NCBI GenBank assembly: GCA_964016885.1
Contig: OZ024741.1
Coordinates: 268,894,001 to 268,958,000, forward strand
Length of the DNA stretch: 64,000 nt
Reading direction: 5' to 3'
Origin: Eledone cirrhosa
Taxonomy: Eukaryota
The notes under the pieces were generated by a model that was given only the letters and a program-made list of their open reading frames with translations, searched no databases and had not been told where the DNA came from. Shown here piece by piece: positions 1 through 13,299 of this stretch (position 1 is its first letter; every line of letters begins with the position of its first letter). The position numbers and the translations under genes are program-made.

Positions 1-183
1 ACTGGGTGTTTTTTGTTGTGATGCTTACACAATCACTTTACAGTGTTGGCTGGGCGCTTTTTGTCATGTCGCCATCACAATTACATTACAGTGTTGGGTG
101 GGCGCTTTTTGTCATCTCGCCATCACAATCACATTACAGTGTTGGCTGGCCGCTGTTTGTCATGTTGCCATCATGATCACTCT
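1..183 (-). repeat. Four degenerate ~47-bp tandem units derived from the SINE/RTE 3'-UTR module
   Basis: Recurring 'acattacagtgttggctgggcgcttt..gtcat' is the reverse complement of the 'aaaaagcacccag..cactgtaaagtgg' unit at 21480-21590 and 31920-31980. Confidence 0.7.
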
Positions 184-195
184 AACTAGTTTAAT

Positions 196-248
<53 letters not shown>

Positions 249-341
249 TACACATACATACATACATACGCAGAAATCTTACTTGAATTGTTTCAACATT
301 GTAAAGGACCTTACTTTCTTGATTTGAAATTTATATAACTA

Positions 342-390
<49 letters not shown>

Positions 391-489
391 TCAACTTAAG
401 CTAAAATCCCTTGGGGTGGGGGTGGGGCTATAAGCCAAAGCGGCTAAATAAAAGTCGGCTTTGACCATGGTTTCTGGAACTCAGGATGC

Positions 490-1012
490 AGCATCATCAA
501 TTCCGAAACATTGGAATAACTAATAACCAATATTGAATAGAAATGGTATCAGCACAAACCAGAGACCATCCTAGAAAATCAGACTATGAACGCTTGAGGA
601 ACTTTACAATCCAGATAGATAGAGTTCTTGAAAAAATCAAGGTCAGACATAACTGAAAGGAGGCGTATATTGATTGATGTATCAGGAGACCATCATATCA
701 ATGGTAAAGAAAATGAGAAAATTATAATATATGCAGACTTGAGAAGAGATATTGAGTGTGGAATGTGAAAGTGAGAGTGGTACCAATTGTGATTGGAGCA
801 CTTGTATTGGTGACAGAAAACCTCCAGAAATACCTTGATAGAATTGGAATCTATCCTAGAATTTGAAAGTGCCAAAAACAACAATTTTTGGGACAGCAAA
901 TATCTTGTGGAATGTACTGTCTATCTGAGGTTACATAACTTGATAGGGAGTCAATTAAATGACCCAGCGTTAATAAGATCATCTCTGTGTAAATGAAGGA
1001 TAATAATAATAA
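490..1012 (+). mobile_element. R4/Dong-clade non-LTR retrotransposon, decayed 3' end (restriction-like endonuclease)
   Basis: Frameshifted manual translation gives KWYQHKPETILEN, NFTIQIDR, LIDVS, KENEK..YADL, VRVVPIVIGAL and ILGTANIL. The element ends in (TAA)n, the known Dong target. Confidence 0.8.
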
Positions 1013-1467
1013 TGAGTTCTTTATTAACCACAAAGGGTTTACATCAAGAAAAACATTATGACAGTACAGGACGAAAACATCGAGTATGTGTGTGTGTGTT
1101 GATTTTATGTGTAAACAAATTTTAACAATGTTAAAAAAAAAAGGTAACAAAATTAAAACAAAGAAGGTTCCTCAATAGGGAGGAGGCATTCAAGAGTCAT
1201 TTGTGGGGGACCCCCGCCCCATAAAACCTCAAATGCCTTGATCTTTAGGGTAAGTGCCCTATCTCAGTTGTACTCCTCCAATCTACAGGCTCATACTCAG
1301 AGCGGGCCCATTCATTCGGGCCACATTCACTTCTCTCACCCACCTTTCAACAAATTGCTTTGAAGGCAGCACTTCTCTCTCTACCCTGATTTTTCCTCCT
1401 CAAGTGGAACCTGAAAAAGTTAATAAGGGCTTTTCTAAAAAGGAAAGTGTTCATCTTCAAACCTTTT
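1013..1467 (-). mobile_element. L1/Tx1-like LINE 3' fragment
   Basis: Minus strand reads KGLKMNTFLFRKALINFFRFHLRRK/IRVEREVLPSKQFVERW..SMSL*, then a 3' UTR with AATAAA. Both ends abut (AAT)n. Confidence 0.6.
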
Positions 1468-1509
1468 AATAATAATAATAATAATAATGATTTCTTATAA
1501 ATAATAATT

Positions 1510-1739
1510 ATGATTTCTTATTTGGCCACTAGGGCCCACATATAGGGGAAAGTGCAAAAAGACATTGACCGTGGGGGTTTACAATAAAATCGAGTAAAAA
1601 ACCAAATTAACAAAAACAATTCCCCAATAGTGGGGAAAACCACTCAAGGGTGACTTGGGCGCCTCACCAATCCTGAAACACCCGACGCTTCAAGCACTTC
1701 CAGGAAGCGCACCCCTCTCCTTCTCAAATCAACCAACCT
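1510..1739 (-). mobile_element. Second short L1/Tx1-like 3' end
   Basis: Same layout as 1013-1467 (tga-ttct-tatt..ccac..ggg terminus), flanked by (AAT)n on both sides. Confidence 0.4.
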
Positions 1740-1803
1740 AATAATAATAATAATATTGATTTTCATGAAGTTGTCTCATTAGTTGTTGAAGGTGAAGTGT
1801 TAA

Positions 1804-1984
1804 TAATTATTTCTACTTTTGGCACAAGGCCAGCAATTATCCCAGTGCATTACTTGTACTTTATTTTATTGACCCCGTAAGGATGAAAGGCAAAGTTAAC
1901 CTCGGCAGCATTTGAACTCGGACCGTAAAGGGACGTAACTCTATGCCGCAAAGCATGGCCTGCGACCCTCTCCCGATACTGTCA
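1804..1984 (-). mobile_element. tRNA-headed SINE, family S1 (Meta/MESC-like centre)
   Basis: Reverse complement of 47318-47495. It has a B-box GAGTTCAAAT, centre 'gaggttaactttgcctttcatccttacggggtcaataaaataaagtac' and an (ATT)n tail. Confidence 0.85.
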
Positions 1985-2883
1985 CTAATTCTTTAGTGTT
2001 AATACTAGTTAGAAATACTTGATGTTTAGCCCAATGGCAGGTCTATGGTCAAAGGCATTCCAACCTTGTTTATCCTGTCTTTTATTCAGATGAAGATTTG
2101 ATTGCTATTTTTAGCAGTTTTCTAGAGGGGTTGACTTGACCAACGTGTCTTTTATTCAGTCATAAGGTATCTAAGACTACATTACTCAGTGTGTCCTTTT
2201 TAAAAGGACTGTACTTATGGTTTGATGAAAATTTGGTTGCTCTTTCTAGCAGGCTGATCGATAGTCTAGAAAGGTTATGACCTCCACACACCGGAGAAGA
2301 GTTGCATTAAGGGGACGCTATCCTTGCCTTCAACCAGTATTGTCATTTGGACAGAATGTTGCTAGGATAATGTCCCTTGGCTCTTAATTTTCCTGTAAAA
2401 TTAAATCATATAAAATGATGAAAGAAGAGAGCTACACATAGTAGTCAAGAAAAATGTTCTTTTAAGATGTTATTTATTTTCAAAATGTTTTTAGTATTGT
2501 GTTATTATTCACATGTCTTGCCACTTCAAATGCTTCCAGTACTGCCTTCTTATTCAGTAGAGTTCAATTTTAGTTCATCTGTATTATATTTATAAAATCA
2601 ATATATTTTTCCTCACTCATCTATATTAATTTTCAATGTCCTATACTGTATGAAACTGCATCATTATTCTGATAATTCAGATTAGTGATATCTAACGTTC
2701 ATTAAAAATGTGGTAATGAAAAGGTTATATATATATATAACCAAAAGTTTATATGGTTCGTTGATTATTCAACGAATTCAATTTTATATATATATATAAA
2801 ATTAGCATCGAGCTTAACCAGGATATATATTGGTAAACTCTAACATTCTTATATATATATATATAGGAAAATGTTTGACCCAC

Positions 2884-3316
2884 TCTACTACCCTAAGTAT
2901 TGAGTACTCTGGTGCGTCATGGTCCATCTGGTTCCTTACCACACCTCATTCGTTATATATATATATATAGGAAACAGTTTAACCCCAACGGCAGAGCTCA
3001 AGCTGTTTTGACGGCCATTTTTGGACTAAATTTGAATTTTTAGCGTGGTAAATAAATAGCTGAACCTTTCAAGGAGTAATTCCTTATATGGGAAGATTGT
3101 AGTTGTGAAAAGGATTGGTCAACATTTCTTGAAACCACAATTAAAACTTCCATGGCAGTGGGTGGGAGGTGTGGGTGGCTGAACTTGCCTGTAGAACAAT
3201 GAAGGAGTGGGTGGATCCGGTCAAGCATTGAAAGTGAAAACTATACCATACTACCCTAAGTATTGAGTACTCTGGTGCATTATGGTCCATCTTGTTTTCT
3301 TACCACACCTCCTTCG

Positions 3317-3320
<4 letters not shown>
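2884..3320 (+). mobile_element. Short element with a ~72-bp direct repeat, each copy ending in (TA)n; probable PLE-type terminus
   Basis: 'tactaccctaagtattgagtactctggtgc..ttaccacacctc.ttcgttatata' occurs at about 2885 and 3249. The motif 'acggc.gagctcaagc.gttt' at 2988 recurs near 9990 and 20958. Confidence 0.55.
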
Positions 3321-3404
<84 letters not shown>

Positions 3405-3438
3405 ATTATAATAATAATGATAAAAATTGTGTACAGTG

Positions 3439-3526
<88 letters not shown>

Positions 3527-3531
3527 CACAT
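3319..3531. repeat. (TA)n/(TG)n and (CA)n microsatellites
   Basis: Directly visible. They are the source of the YIYI and HTHT ORFs. Confidence 0.97.
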
Positions 3532-3600
3532 ATAATGATTTAGTAGATTCATGGTTTACTGAGGAAGGTATCAATTTCAGCACTATGCTATAGCAGAGTG

Positions 3601-3798
3601 TATATATTAAGAACAAAATGAGGTCTCACATTGAGGTTTTTATTGATTAGGCCCAGCTATGGAGATCGAGGCTGGAGTCGAGTCTATAACATTAATATAG
3701 ATCCTTAGCCACCTATCTGTGAAACGTTTGTAACTGAACCTAATCAATAAAAACCTCAATCTGAAATGTTGTTTTGTTCTTAAATATATATATATATA
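3601..3798. repeat. Inverted repeat with a hammerhead 3'-half remnant
   Basis: 'ttaagaacaaaa..attgaggtttttattgattagg' mirrors 'cctaatcaataaaaacctcaat..ttttgttcttaa'. GAAACGTTTGTA is at 3721. Confidence 0.7.
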
Positions 3799-4691
3799 TT
3801 AATCTGACTGCATCACACAGAACATTTTAAAGTATTTGCTTAACTCCAGACCTATAAATCTTCACAGTGAAGATACTTCAGACGTTTGATTTAAGAAACT
3901 TGCTTTTAAATATTTTCTGCTAAATTATTACAGGTTGTTATGAGTTAATTAATCTTCAGTATAAAACAAAACAAAAGTTTACATTTAGTTAAAATTATAT
4001 ATTCTATATGTTTTCCCAATCAGCTGTAGACACATTTCAATATCTATATATCTCATGGACAATTATTGATTTTATGGCAAAGTTTAAGTTTTTTAAAGTT
4101 ATGTATAGATGAAAGGTGCACTGGAAAAATGAAATGAAATAAAGCAGACAATGATACTATATGACACTGTATCCTTTAGTAAACTTGGCATATTTTTTGT
4201 TTTTTTTCTATGTACAAACCTTGTGTGATATCTGAACGAGTATCCTCCTCCTCCAACTAACTTACTAACTTACCCTTTCAACTGAGAAAGATAATTTAAG
4301 TTGATATGCTTTTTCTTGAAGCTCTTTGGTGAAAAACATTTCAATTATAAATAATGTTTATTTTTAGAATTGTAACTCGTGCTAAGTTGTTTAGTTACTC
4401 ACTGGCAGGAAAAAAATCCATTAAATGATGATCATAATGATGATATTGTTAGTTGTGACTGCCTTAACAGTCATTCTTATCCTATATTTTCTAAACTTTT
4501 CCATTTATTCCATTATAAAACAATAAATTGTTGAATTACTGATGATTTTAGTTAAGATTATTTTTTACTTCAGATCTAGACAAGAAGACAACTAGGGTGT
4601 TGGGGATATAATATCTCCGTGACAATCAGATATATGCTAAAACCATTTCATGACCATATTTCTAATGAAAAATAAATTCAATTTCAATTAA

Positions 4692-5050
4692 TTAACTCTT
4701 TAGTATTTGCATTACTCTGTATTTACTATTGTATTTTGGGGATAAAGGCTTTACCTGACATAATTATCTCATATAGTATTGAATCTATGAGATTTTGCTA
4801 TTATTTATTTTGTGAACAGTACCTTAACATCAGTATAGTGGTTGGTTACAGCTGCTTTGAACAGAAAGGGATGATAAATAATTTTAAGGGATTTACTAAA
4901 ACTTTTATTTCATTACTAAGATGGTAACTTAACAGGGGTCTTATAAATAAAATCATGTTGGGAACTTTTATTTTAAATAGAAACCAAATGGGTATTTTTA
5001 TTTTGTAGAACCAGAGCTAGTTTTCTCCAAGTTGGTATCAAAAGGGTTAA
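4692..5050. mobile_element. Old TTAA (piggyBac-like) MITE or composite
   Basis: Starts ttaactctttagtatttgcattactct and ends tcaaaagggttaa; similar to 49257-49485. Confidence 0.55.
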
Positions 5051-5214
5051 TGGTATAGGAAAAACTTAAATGGGAACCTCTATGTAAGCTGTATTGTGGA
5101 AATATTGAAATTTTGTTTGAAATATGCCAAAAATACAAACTGAAATTATATATTTTTATAGGCTAAAATATATACAATAATGAGAACCTGGCTGAGGACA
5201 CAATGAGCACTCTA

Positions 5215-5572
5215 ATGTTGTAAAGTGATAGTGCTGGTGCCACAATAAAACACACCCAGTCCACTCTGTAAAGATATCATGTTGGTGCCACAATAAAATA
5301 CACCAACCCATTCTGTAAAGTGGTAGTGCTGGTGCCATGATGAAATACACCCAGTCCACCTTGTTACGTGGTAGTGCCTCAATAAAATTCTCTCAGTACA
5401 TGCTGAAGAGTGGTTAGTGTTAGGAAGTGCATCCAACCATAGAAACCCAGCCCAAACCAGAATGTATGAGCAAAATATGTCAACCTGATTGGTCTAGTCT
5501 CAGAATGTGATAACTTTTCTAACCAATGTAAGCATGGAAAATAAATGTTAAATGGCAATGATGATGATAATG
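5215..5572 (+). mobile_element. SINE/RTE 3' module with about four 47-bp units, Ceph-like domain and (GAT)n tail
   Basis: Units 'gtaaagtg.tagtgctggtgccacaataaaa.acacccag', then 'gttaggaagtgcatccaaccatagaaa' and 'agcatggaaaataaatgttaaatg..gatgatgat'. Confidence 0.7.
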
Positions 5573-5624
5573 TTATTCATGCCTAAATTATGTCTTTGGT
5601 GTGTATGTGTGATTCTTTTTGTCA

Positions 5625-5810
5625 TTGGCACAAGGACAGCAATTTGAGAAAAAAGGAGAGTTGATTATATCGACCCAAATACTTAACTCGTACTTTATTT
5701 TAACTGGATTTGAACTCAGAGCATAAAGAGCTGAAAGCATAAAGAGCTGAAACAAATGATGGAAAGCATTTTGTTCAAATGCTCTAACAATACTACTTCT
5801 ACCACCACCA
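5625..5810 (-). mobile_element. Older S1-related SINE
   Basis: Contains 'ggcacaaggacagcaat', 'gtactttatttt' and 'atttgaactcagagc'. Confidence 0.55.
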
Positions 5811-7317
5811 CTACATGGGGGGAAATAACCAATACACTTCAGTGTAATCACGGAACAAATACATTTGTCTGATTTCTATAATGAATAATTCTGATAGCTG
5901 TCTTTCCTCATGAAAGAAGCAATAGTGGGCCTCAGCATTTTTAATAATTAAAAATATCAAGAAAGAAAATAATACATTTAACTCTATTACACGTGAGTCT
6001 CATCATTATCAATGTCAAACAAAAATTATTCTGTGAGCTTCAGTTTCAAAGTAAAATAGTTAAATTTTAGTAATTTTTTTAAAATGGAGAAGTGTGCTAA
6101 TATTAACACTATACAAATAATAATTCTAATGTGTCTCATTGTGACGATTAAGGAATGTCTTGCTAATGCAAGTTTCATGTGGTACAGGATGTTAAGAGTT
6201 AAAGAAATGCCTTCATACTATTATTTTTATATGGTCACAGAGATATCCATCACATCATCATCATCACAATCATACTTCCATTTTTCCATGCCAGCATGGG
6301 TTAGACGAGTTGTCCCAATGTGAAACAAGTCAGATCAGTTGACTAAGTTTTGCTCATATAGAACTATTTCTGGTTTGGTTTCTATGGCTGAACGCCCAAT
6401 TACAATTTACAGTGTGGGTGCTTTTTATTGTGGCACCAAGATTACCACTTTATAGTGTGGACTGGGTGCTTTTTGTTGTGGCAATAATATATATTTAATT
6501 TATATTGTTGAATAATTTCACTTGTTGAATACATCACAAATTTTACATGATTCCAATTTGATGTCTTTTATATATCTCCTCATCTCACCCACCTTTAACA
6601 CATGAAAATCACACTTGACTGACCAAAACAATTTTTAGCTAGAGTGGTGTCCTGTTGTAATGCTATATTATAGCTAATCTATCCAATACTGTCACTCATT
6701 AAAGTTTTGTATACCATATGAAAATGGAAGTATACACACATGTGGTGGTGGTGGTGGTGGTGGTGGATAACAAGCCTTGGTAAATATATGTCTGCTTCCC
6801 TTTTCTTCATCTTGTGTGCCTGCAATAATGTGAATTGTGTGTGTGTGTGTCAGCATAACCAAATGGAGCTTCAAGCCCTCTGCTTAGCATCTTGAGCAAA
6901 TATCATTTACCACAGCCCTGGGTCTATCCATGCCTTGTGAGTGAAACTGTTTAGAAGCCAGTTAGATGGACTGTACCTGTAATTCAAAGCACCAGCCTTG
7001 TCACACATTGTGTCACGCTAAATCTCCCTCAGAATTATGTGCCTGTTGAATGAATGGATATATATAGTTATATATATATGAAAAACATCGGTGTCTCTGA
7101 TCAAAATGAATTGAGAGAGTAATTGAATAAATATAAAAATGAGAAAGCTCATTGCTAGAACAACTGTTAAAATAGCCAAAGTAGATGAAACATAGAAAAG
7201 ATTAAAAACCATCAGAAAGATTTATTTTTTCTGTTGCACGATCCCACATTTTGAAATGGTACTCTCAATTAAATTGTGCAAAACCCTTTTGCTGGTTTGA
7301 AAGCTGATAAGGGTGAA

Positions 7318-7364
<47 letters not shown>

Positions 7365-7787
7365 CGTGAGAGAGAGAGAACTTGTTTGTACATCACCTTT
7401 CTTTATTTCCTTCTTCCAGTCACTTCTGTACGCCCTCACACTTCTCCTTGTCCTCCTCCTGTTTCAATCTTTTCTATATTTCATCTGCTTGTCAACCATG
7501 ATCTCTGTCATCTGAGGCATGTTTGCCTGTGAACCCTCACAATACCGTGGAGATCATAGTTCACTGGTTCTCTCTGAACATGGCTGTGACTGTGCCTCCT
7601 GAAACCAGATTTGCTCAAGCAAATTTTTCCATAGTGGGCACTTCAATTCAATGGAGACACCGGTCGTTTTGAGAGATATACCAGGGCATTGCTTACGCAC
7701 ATCCCATTTGACCTTCTCGTGCTCTATGCGTCTGTCCTCAAAATTATGGATCCCATCATTCACCATTCCACGCCAATATATACATAT

Positions 7788-7856
<69 letters not shown>

Positions 7857-8218
7857 CCTACACTCCGGGGGGTCATGGATACATGTTCCGTACGTTGTTT
7901 GGCTCAGTTCAGCCAATCGCTACCAGCGTAGGAAAATGTATCTCGACTTCCGCCTAGAGGGAAAAATTCCCACGCTGATTCAAAAATATCTCTCTTGCAG
8001 CTCGACACCGTGAAGGTAAACATCTCTAGCTTTCATTCCTCAAGCATATACAATATGTAGCAACAAATATCACTACGGGTCTGGCTAATGCCTTAGCCAG
8101 TTGACCGTACCTCCTTAAACTCTTAATTAATCATTTCTCTTGGCATGCCAGCTAAACCGTTATAACTTTTTTATTGATAACATCTACTAAATAACCTTTT
8201 CCTGTAAATACTAAATAC

Positions 8219-9236
8219 AATTTCCCTGTACATCTACTGCATACATAATTTTCCGTATCTGTTAGTTTGCCTGCTATCCCACTACATCTCTTGTGTACCC
8301 AAGATCTGCATTGTATAGATTTTATAGAATTTCTGCCAGTTCCTTTTCTACATATCGACCATGACCATTTCCCTGACGGAATCAGAGTTTTGTCCTCTTT
8401 TCTACTCATCAACACTTTTGTCCTAGCTAGGTTCACTCTCAGTCCTCTTGCTTCCAACTGCTGTTTCCATAGCCAGAATTAATTCTCTAGTTCCTTTACT
8501 GATTCTGCTATAAGAACCAGACCGTCAGCATAGAGAAGTTCCCATGGGCAGCCAGTCTTAAACTACTCTGTTATGGTTTGGAGGACTATAATGAACAAGA
8601 GCGGGCTGAGGACCGAACCCTGATTTACTCCTACTCGTATCTGGAATTCCTCACTAAACTCCATTCCTACCCTAACTTAACTGATAGCACCTCTGTACAA
8701 AGCTTGCACTGTCCTCACAAGCCATTCCTCAACACCTAGTTTTCTTAGGGACCACCAGATGATAGATTGGGGTACTCTATAAAAGGCCTTCTCTAGGTCA
8801 ACAAAAGCTAAGTATAGTGACTTATTCTTCTCTAAGAACCACTCTTGTAGTTGTCTCACTAAGAAGAGGGCATCTGTTGTACTTTTCTGAGGCACAAAAC
8901 CAAACTGCATCTCATCTAGTTTGACCCTTTCTCTAATTAGTTGTGCTAATCTCCTTTCTGCCACTTTCATAACCTGATCCATCAGTTTTATGCACCTATA
9001 ATTGCTCCTCTCCAGAGCATCCCCTTTACCTTTGTAGCAATTTATGAGAATACTGCTGCACCAGTCTTTGGGTGTGACACCGCTATATATAGCCTGATTG
9101 ATGATGCGTGCAACCAGTTTAGTGACTATGTCCCCTGATGCCTTCAGCATCTCAGCAACTATCCCCGACGGTCCAGCGGCCTTACCATTTTCCATTTCCT
9201 TAATCGCCTCTTGGACACTATATTCGTCAATCTCAA
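8219..9236 (-). mobile_element. RTE LINE reverse-transcriptase fragment (pseudogenised, family A)
   Basis: ORFs 8677-9195 (GKAAGPSG, YKGKGD..NYR.IKL, QFGF, AFVDLEKAF) and 8152-8457 (GLRVNLARTKV). Near-identical to 21776-23018. The 5' end abuts (TA)n and the 3' end is missing. Confidence 0.95.
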
Positions 9237-9238
9237 TA

Positions 9239-9271
<33 letters not shown>

Positions 9272-9276
9272 ATATA

Positions 9277-9344
<68 letters not shown>

Positions 9345-9558
9345 ATGTGTGTGTGTGTAGAAGTTGTATTTTATATGTTGGAATTCCGACAAACATAAAT
9401 GTTTATAACTGATATAGAGCACTCAACAGATTACTGGAGTAAATATTCCAAGATATTAATAAATGGAATCTATATTTATAAAACTATCCACTGAATTTCC
9501 GACCGTTAAAATCTGATTTCCATGGGTACGTCATTATTTATAAAACAAATTTTGTATT

Positions 9559-9610
9559 TTATCTGATGAAAGCGCACCAAGATTGGCTTGGTCGCCCTTG
9601 AAATATATCT
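9559..9610 (+). ncRNA. Degenerate hammerhead-like core
   Basis: CTGATGA(9563)-AAG..ACCAAG/CTTGGT hairpin..CTT-GAAA(9600)-TATA-TC. Stem I is not maintained. Confidence 0.4.
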
Positions 9611-9840
9611 GTATGGTTGACGGTATATTTAGTCGATTTCTACATGCTGTTGAAATGTTGCGTAAATATTCTATTGGGGCCACCGCGAAGAGGCTGCTTT
9701 CGTTTATTTATCAAATATTTCTTCATAGGAGCCTTTATTCTTATACCCTGGTCTAATTGATTTTTTATGTGGTTAATTATGCTAATTGGGAGAGGAAATA
9801 ATGTATATATTTTATCAAATGATTCTATGGACTTAATTAA

Positions 9841-9893
<53 letters not shown>

Positions 9894-10068
9894 TATATAT
9901 ATAAGATTCAGTCATGGTAGTCATAAATATATATATATGTATATATATAAATATATATATATATTTATATAGGAACGAGTAGGGCCGTGACGGCTGAGCT
10001 CAAGCCGTTTCGACGGCTAATTCTGGACTAATATATTTATATATATATATATACATACATATATATAC

Positions 10069-10557
10069 ATCATCATCATCATCATCATTATCATCATTTT
10101 ACGTCCGCTTTTCCCTGCTTGCAAGGGTGGGACAGGTCTTATTCAGCACAGCATCTCTCCACTCGTCACGGTCCTTCGTCATCTTCACCGTGAGCTTCAA
10201 TGATCTGAGGTCTGTTCTCACCACCTCCGCCCATGTTTTTCGTGGTCTACCTCTACCACGTCTTCCTTCAACTGGCATTTCCTGGCACTTCTTCACCCAT
10301 CGATCATCCTCCATGCGCATCACATGTCCATACCACCTCAGTCTCCTCTCCCGTACACTACATTCTATCCCTCTCAGACACAGTTTCTCTCTCAACACAT
10401 TTATGCTGGGTCGTTCACGCACATTTACACTGCACATCCAACGGAGCATGCTTGCCTCATTTCTCTCCAGCCGTCGCATATCCTCTGCAGTTGCTGCCCA
10501 TGTCTCACCACCATGCAGCATCACGCTCCTCACACAGGGATCATACAACCGGCCTTT
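10069..10557 (-). mobile_element. RTE LINE 3' end (family A) with (GAT)n tail
   Basis: ORF 10099-10548 (MLHGGETW, MLRWMC, RLRWYGHVMR, GRRGRGRPRKTW). Inserted in a TA-rich microsatellite. Confidence 0.95.
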
Positions 10558-10576
10558 ATATATAATTATATATATA

Positions 10577-10650
<74 letters not shown>

Positions 10651-12064
10651 CTATATATGTATATATATCTCAAGATATACTTCTATACATTTGGATTTGC
10701 AAGCATGATGAAGAAAGTGCTTAGTATTAAAATAGTGAACATTATATATTTTTTATCATAATGTTATGACTACTTGTTGATCACTTGCGTAATTAACAAG
10801 TCATTACAAAACTCAGAATACCATCTGAGTGTAATCTCAACAATATAAACTAATATATTATATATATGTATATCATATTATAAAATGCATGGCAACTAAG
10901 CATATGTATTCATCGGCACTCATAGTTTCATGATGATATCCAATTAATCATAGCAGGTTAATTTCTTGTACACTATCAATCTTCAACCTTTGTGAAAATT
11001 CTACATGCTGATGAAGACATATGCTTAGTTGTCAATATAAAGTACCTCTATGTATACATAGCGGAAGCTCATTCTTTTGTAGTTATAAATCACATACAGA
11101 TAGTTATATATATGTGTGTATGTATACACATATATAAAAACACACGCACATTTCCATTTTACAATCAACATTTACAATGTATTGTATAGTTTGAATTGAT
11201 GCTTTTTAGATTCAGTAGATAAGCTGTGTTGTATTTTCATGGAGAAAAGTACAGCATCTATGAATATATACAGCATGTGTGTGTAGGTTTTTATTTTCTC
11301 ATATGCATAAATTCACTATGGTAGAAAAAGTCTGCTTTTAGATATTTTATATGATTTTTCCTTAGATTATGTTGTCTTTAAAATAATTTCAATATCTCCA
11401 TCATAGAACTGATCAATCATTGATAACTTCCCCTCCTCTCGCCCAATATTATTAACACCACTACATTTATCAATGTCTCTGCCATCTTCACTAAGATTTA
11501 AATATTAAATAGAAAAAAGAATCTTGTGTGTTTAGTAAGAGAGAATTTTTCAAAATCATTCAATGACATAGTGAAAGTCACTTGAACAGTATTTTTATAT
11601 TAAACACCAGCTTTCAAAATAATCTTATGACCTAGACTTTAGATACTAACCACACCAACTGAAAATGTGTGTCAAAAGTTGTAAATATATCTGCTGAAAT
11701 AGTCTTCTTTGTTTTTATTGGTCAATTGAAATATACTTCTTTATTCTTTGGGTTTTTCTTTTTTTTTCCATTGGTCCATATTGTAAATGTTAACCACAAC
11801 CAACAAAATCAGTTAGTGAATTTTTTATAAAGAACTTTTAATAACTGACACTTCTCAAGGTCAACATTCTGAATTTAATGTCAGAATATAAATATATTTA
11901 CAATAAGATTTGATGTGTCAACCATTGAAAACCTGTTTAATAATATATTAGTAGTGAAATCCTCTTGATTGCCAGTACAAGGAATATCTTCATGGATTAT
12001 GAAGAAACAAGTTGATCATATTGATTAAAACACATTGTTTTGTAAGATGAATAAGAACTTATTT

Positions 12065-13003
12065 ATAGCTCCTTGTACATTTTCCACCCTGTATCTGTTC
12101 TCACTCTGGCTACTCTGCTTTCAGTTCACAGATGCCCCTCCCCCCATGTTTATTCGATCACCTAGGTAACAAAAGCCATCAACTTGTTCTCAAGAGCCTT
12201 CCAAGTATTTGAAGGAATTTATTTCCTGTGCATTCTTACTTTAAGTACACTTGTGAATATGCCATACATGAAGTCTACTTTCATTGTCAACCTACATGTG
12301 ATCCCACAGTATATCCTACATGTCTGTCCATAGTTTACACTTGGTATACAGGACAGAATTCTATTCTCCTTCTCTTCTCCATATTGAGCACAGCCATATC
12401 CCTGATGATATTAGGGGCCTTCTTTCCTACTTACTCATACTTGAGTCATTCCTAATGTTATTTGAGTCCTCTCAACCCTAGGGTTTGTTTCTATATGTGG
12501 AATTTCTTGTATAAATCTTCTACAGCACTGTCATAACTACTACATCATCAGCATACAGGAGTTCCATTCTGATGACCTGGAGGACTGTAGATGGTTGGAG
12601 GAGTATGAGTGCTGTGCTTTAGCAGATCCCTACCTACACCGTAAATTTGTCAGTAAACTCATTACTAGCCCTCACCTTTCTAACATCACCTCCAGATGTG
12701 GTATGTACAGTCCAGTCCTCACCGGACTACAGAGCATGGAACTCTGTCAGAGGCCTTCACCAAGTTGACGAGTGCTAAGTGTAGCACCTTACTCTGAGTT
12801 AAATATCTTCTTGCAATTATCACACTAAGAAGATGGCATCAGTGGTTCTTCTTCCTGGCACAAAGTCAATCTGATATCTCAAAATTCTGTTCCTAATCTA
12901 TTGTGTTATAACTTTCATAACTTGGCCCAATGATTTAATGCTTCGGTAGTTAGTTCTCTTTACTACATCTTCATTGCCCTTGTAGCAGTTGACGATGATA
13001 TGT
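12065..13003 (-). mobile_element. Old decayed RTE LINE body
   Basis: Minus-strand remnants IVNCYKGN..NYRSIK, LVNLVKA.DRV, ELLYADDV (about 12541-12566) and GFCYLGD. Confidence 0.75.
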
Positions 13004-13007
13004 GACA

Positions 13008-13076
13008 GCTCAGCTAATCCATGCAAGCATAGAAAATAGATGTTGAACAGTTATGATGATGATGATGATGATGATG
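13008..13076 (+). mobile_element. RTE/SINE 3' tail with (GAT)n
   Basis: 'ctaatccatgcaagcatagaaaatagatgttgaac..(gat)n'. Confidence 0.75.
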
Positions 13077-13144
13077 TGTGTGTATATATATACTATAAGG
13101 ATAAGGAACAAGGATTCAGTATTGCATCATAACGTATTTAATAA

Positions 13145-13234
13145 CATATTACATATGTTTCACTATCGATCAGCTCAAGGCAAGACCTATTATAGATTGA
13201 AACTGACTCTGTAATCGAAAGATCATCAGATATG
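13145..13234 (-). ncRNA. Type I hammerhead-like motif with extended stem II (family H-A, copy 1)
   Basis: Minus strand: CATAT-CTGATGA-tCTTTCGAT...ATCGATAGt-GAAA-CATATG-TA-ATATG. Core intact, GUA triplet, palindromic stem III. Confidence 0.7.
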
Positions 13235-13258
13235 CTTAGTATATGATTTTGTCTCCAA

Positions 13259-13299
<41 letters not shown>

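Noticed and set aside
412-427. G-quadruplex
   Set aside because: Only three clear G-runs and no functional context.
11003-11045. Hammerhead-like CTGATGAA-GACA..TGTC
   Set aside because: The GAAA core and stem I are absent, so it is too degenerate to call.
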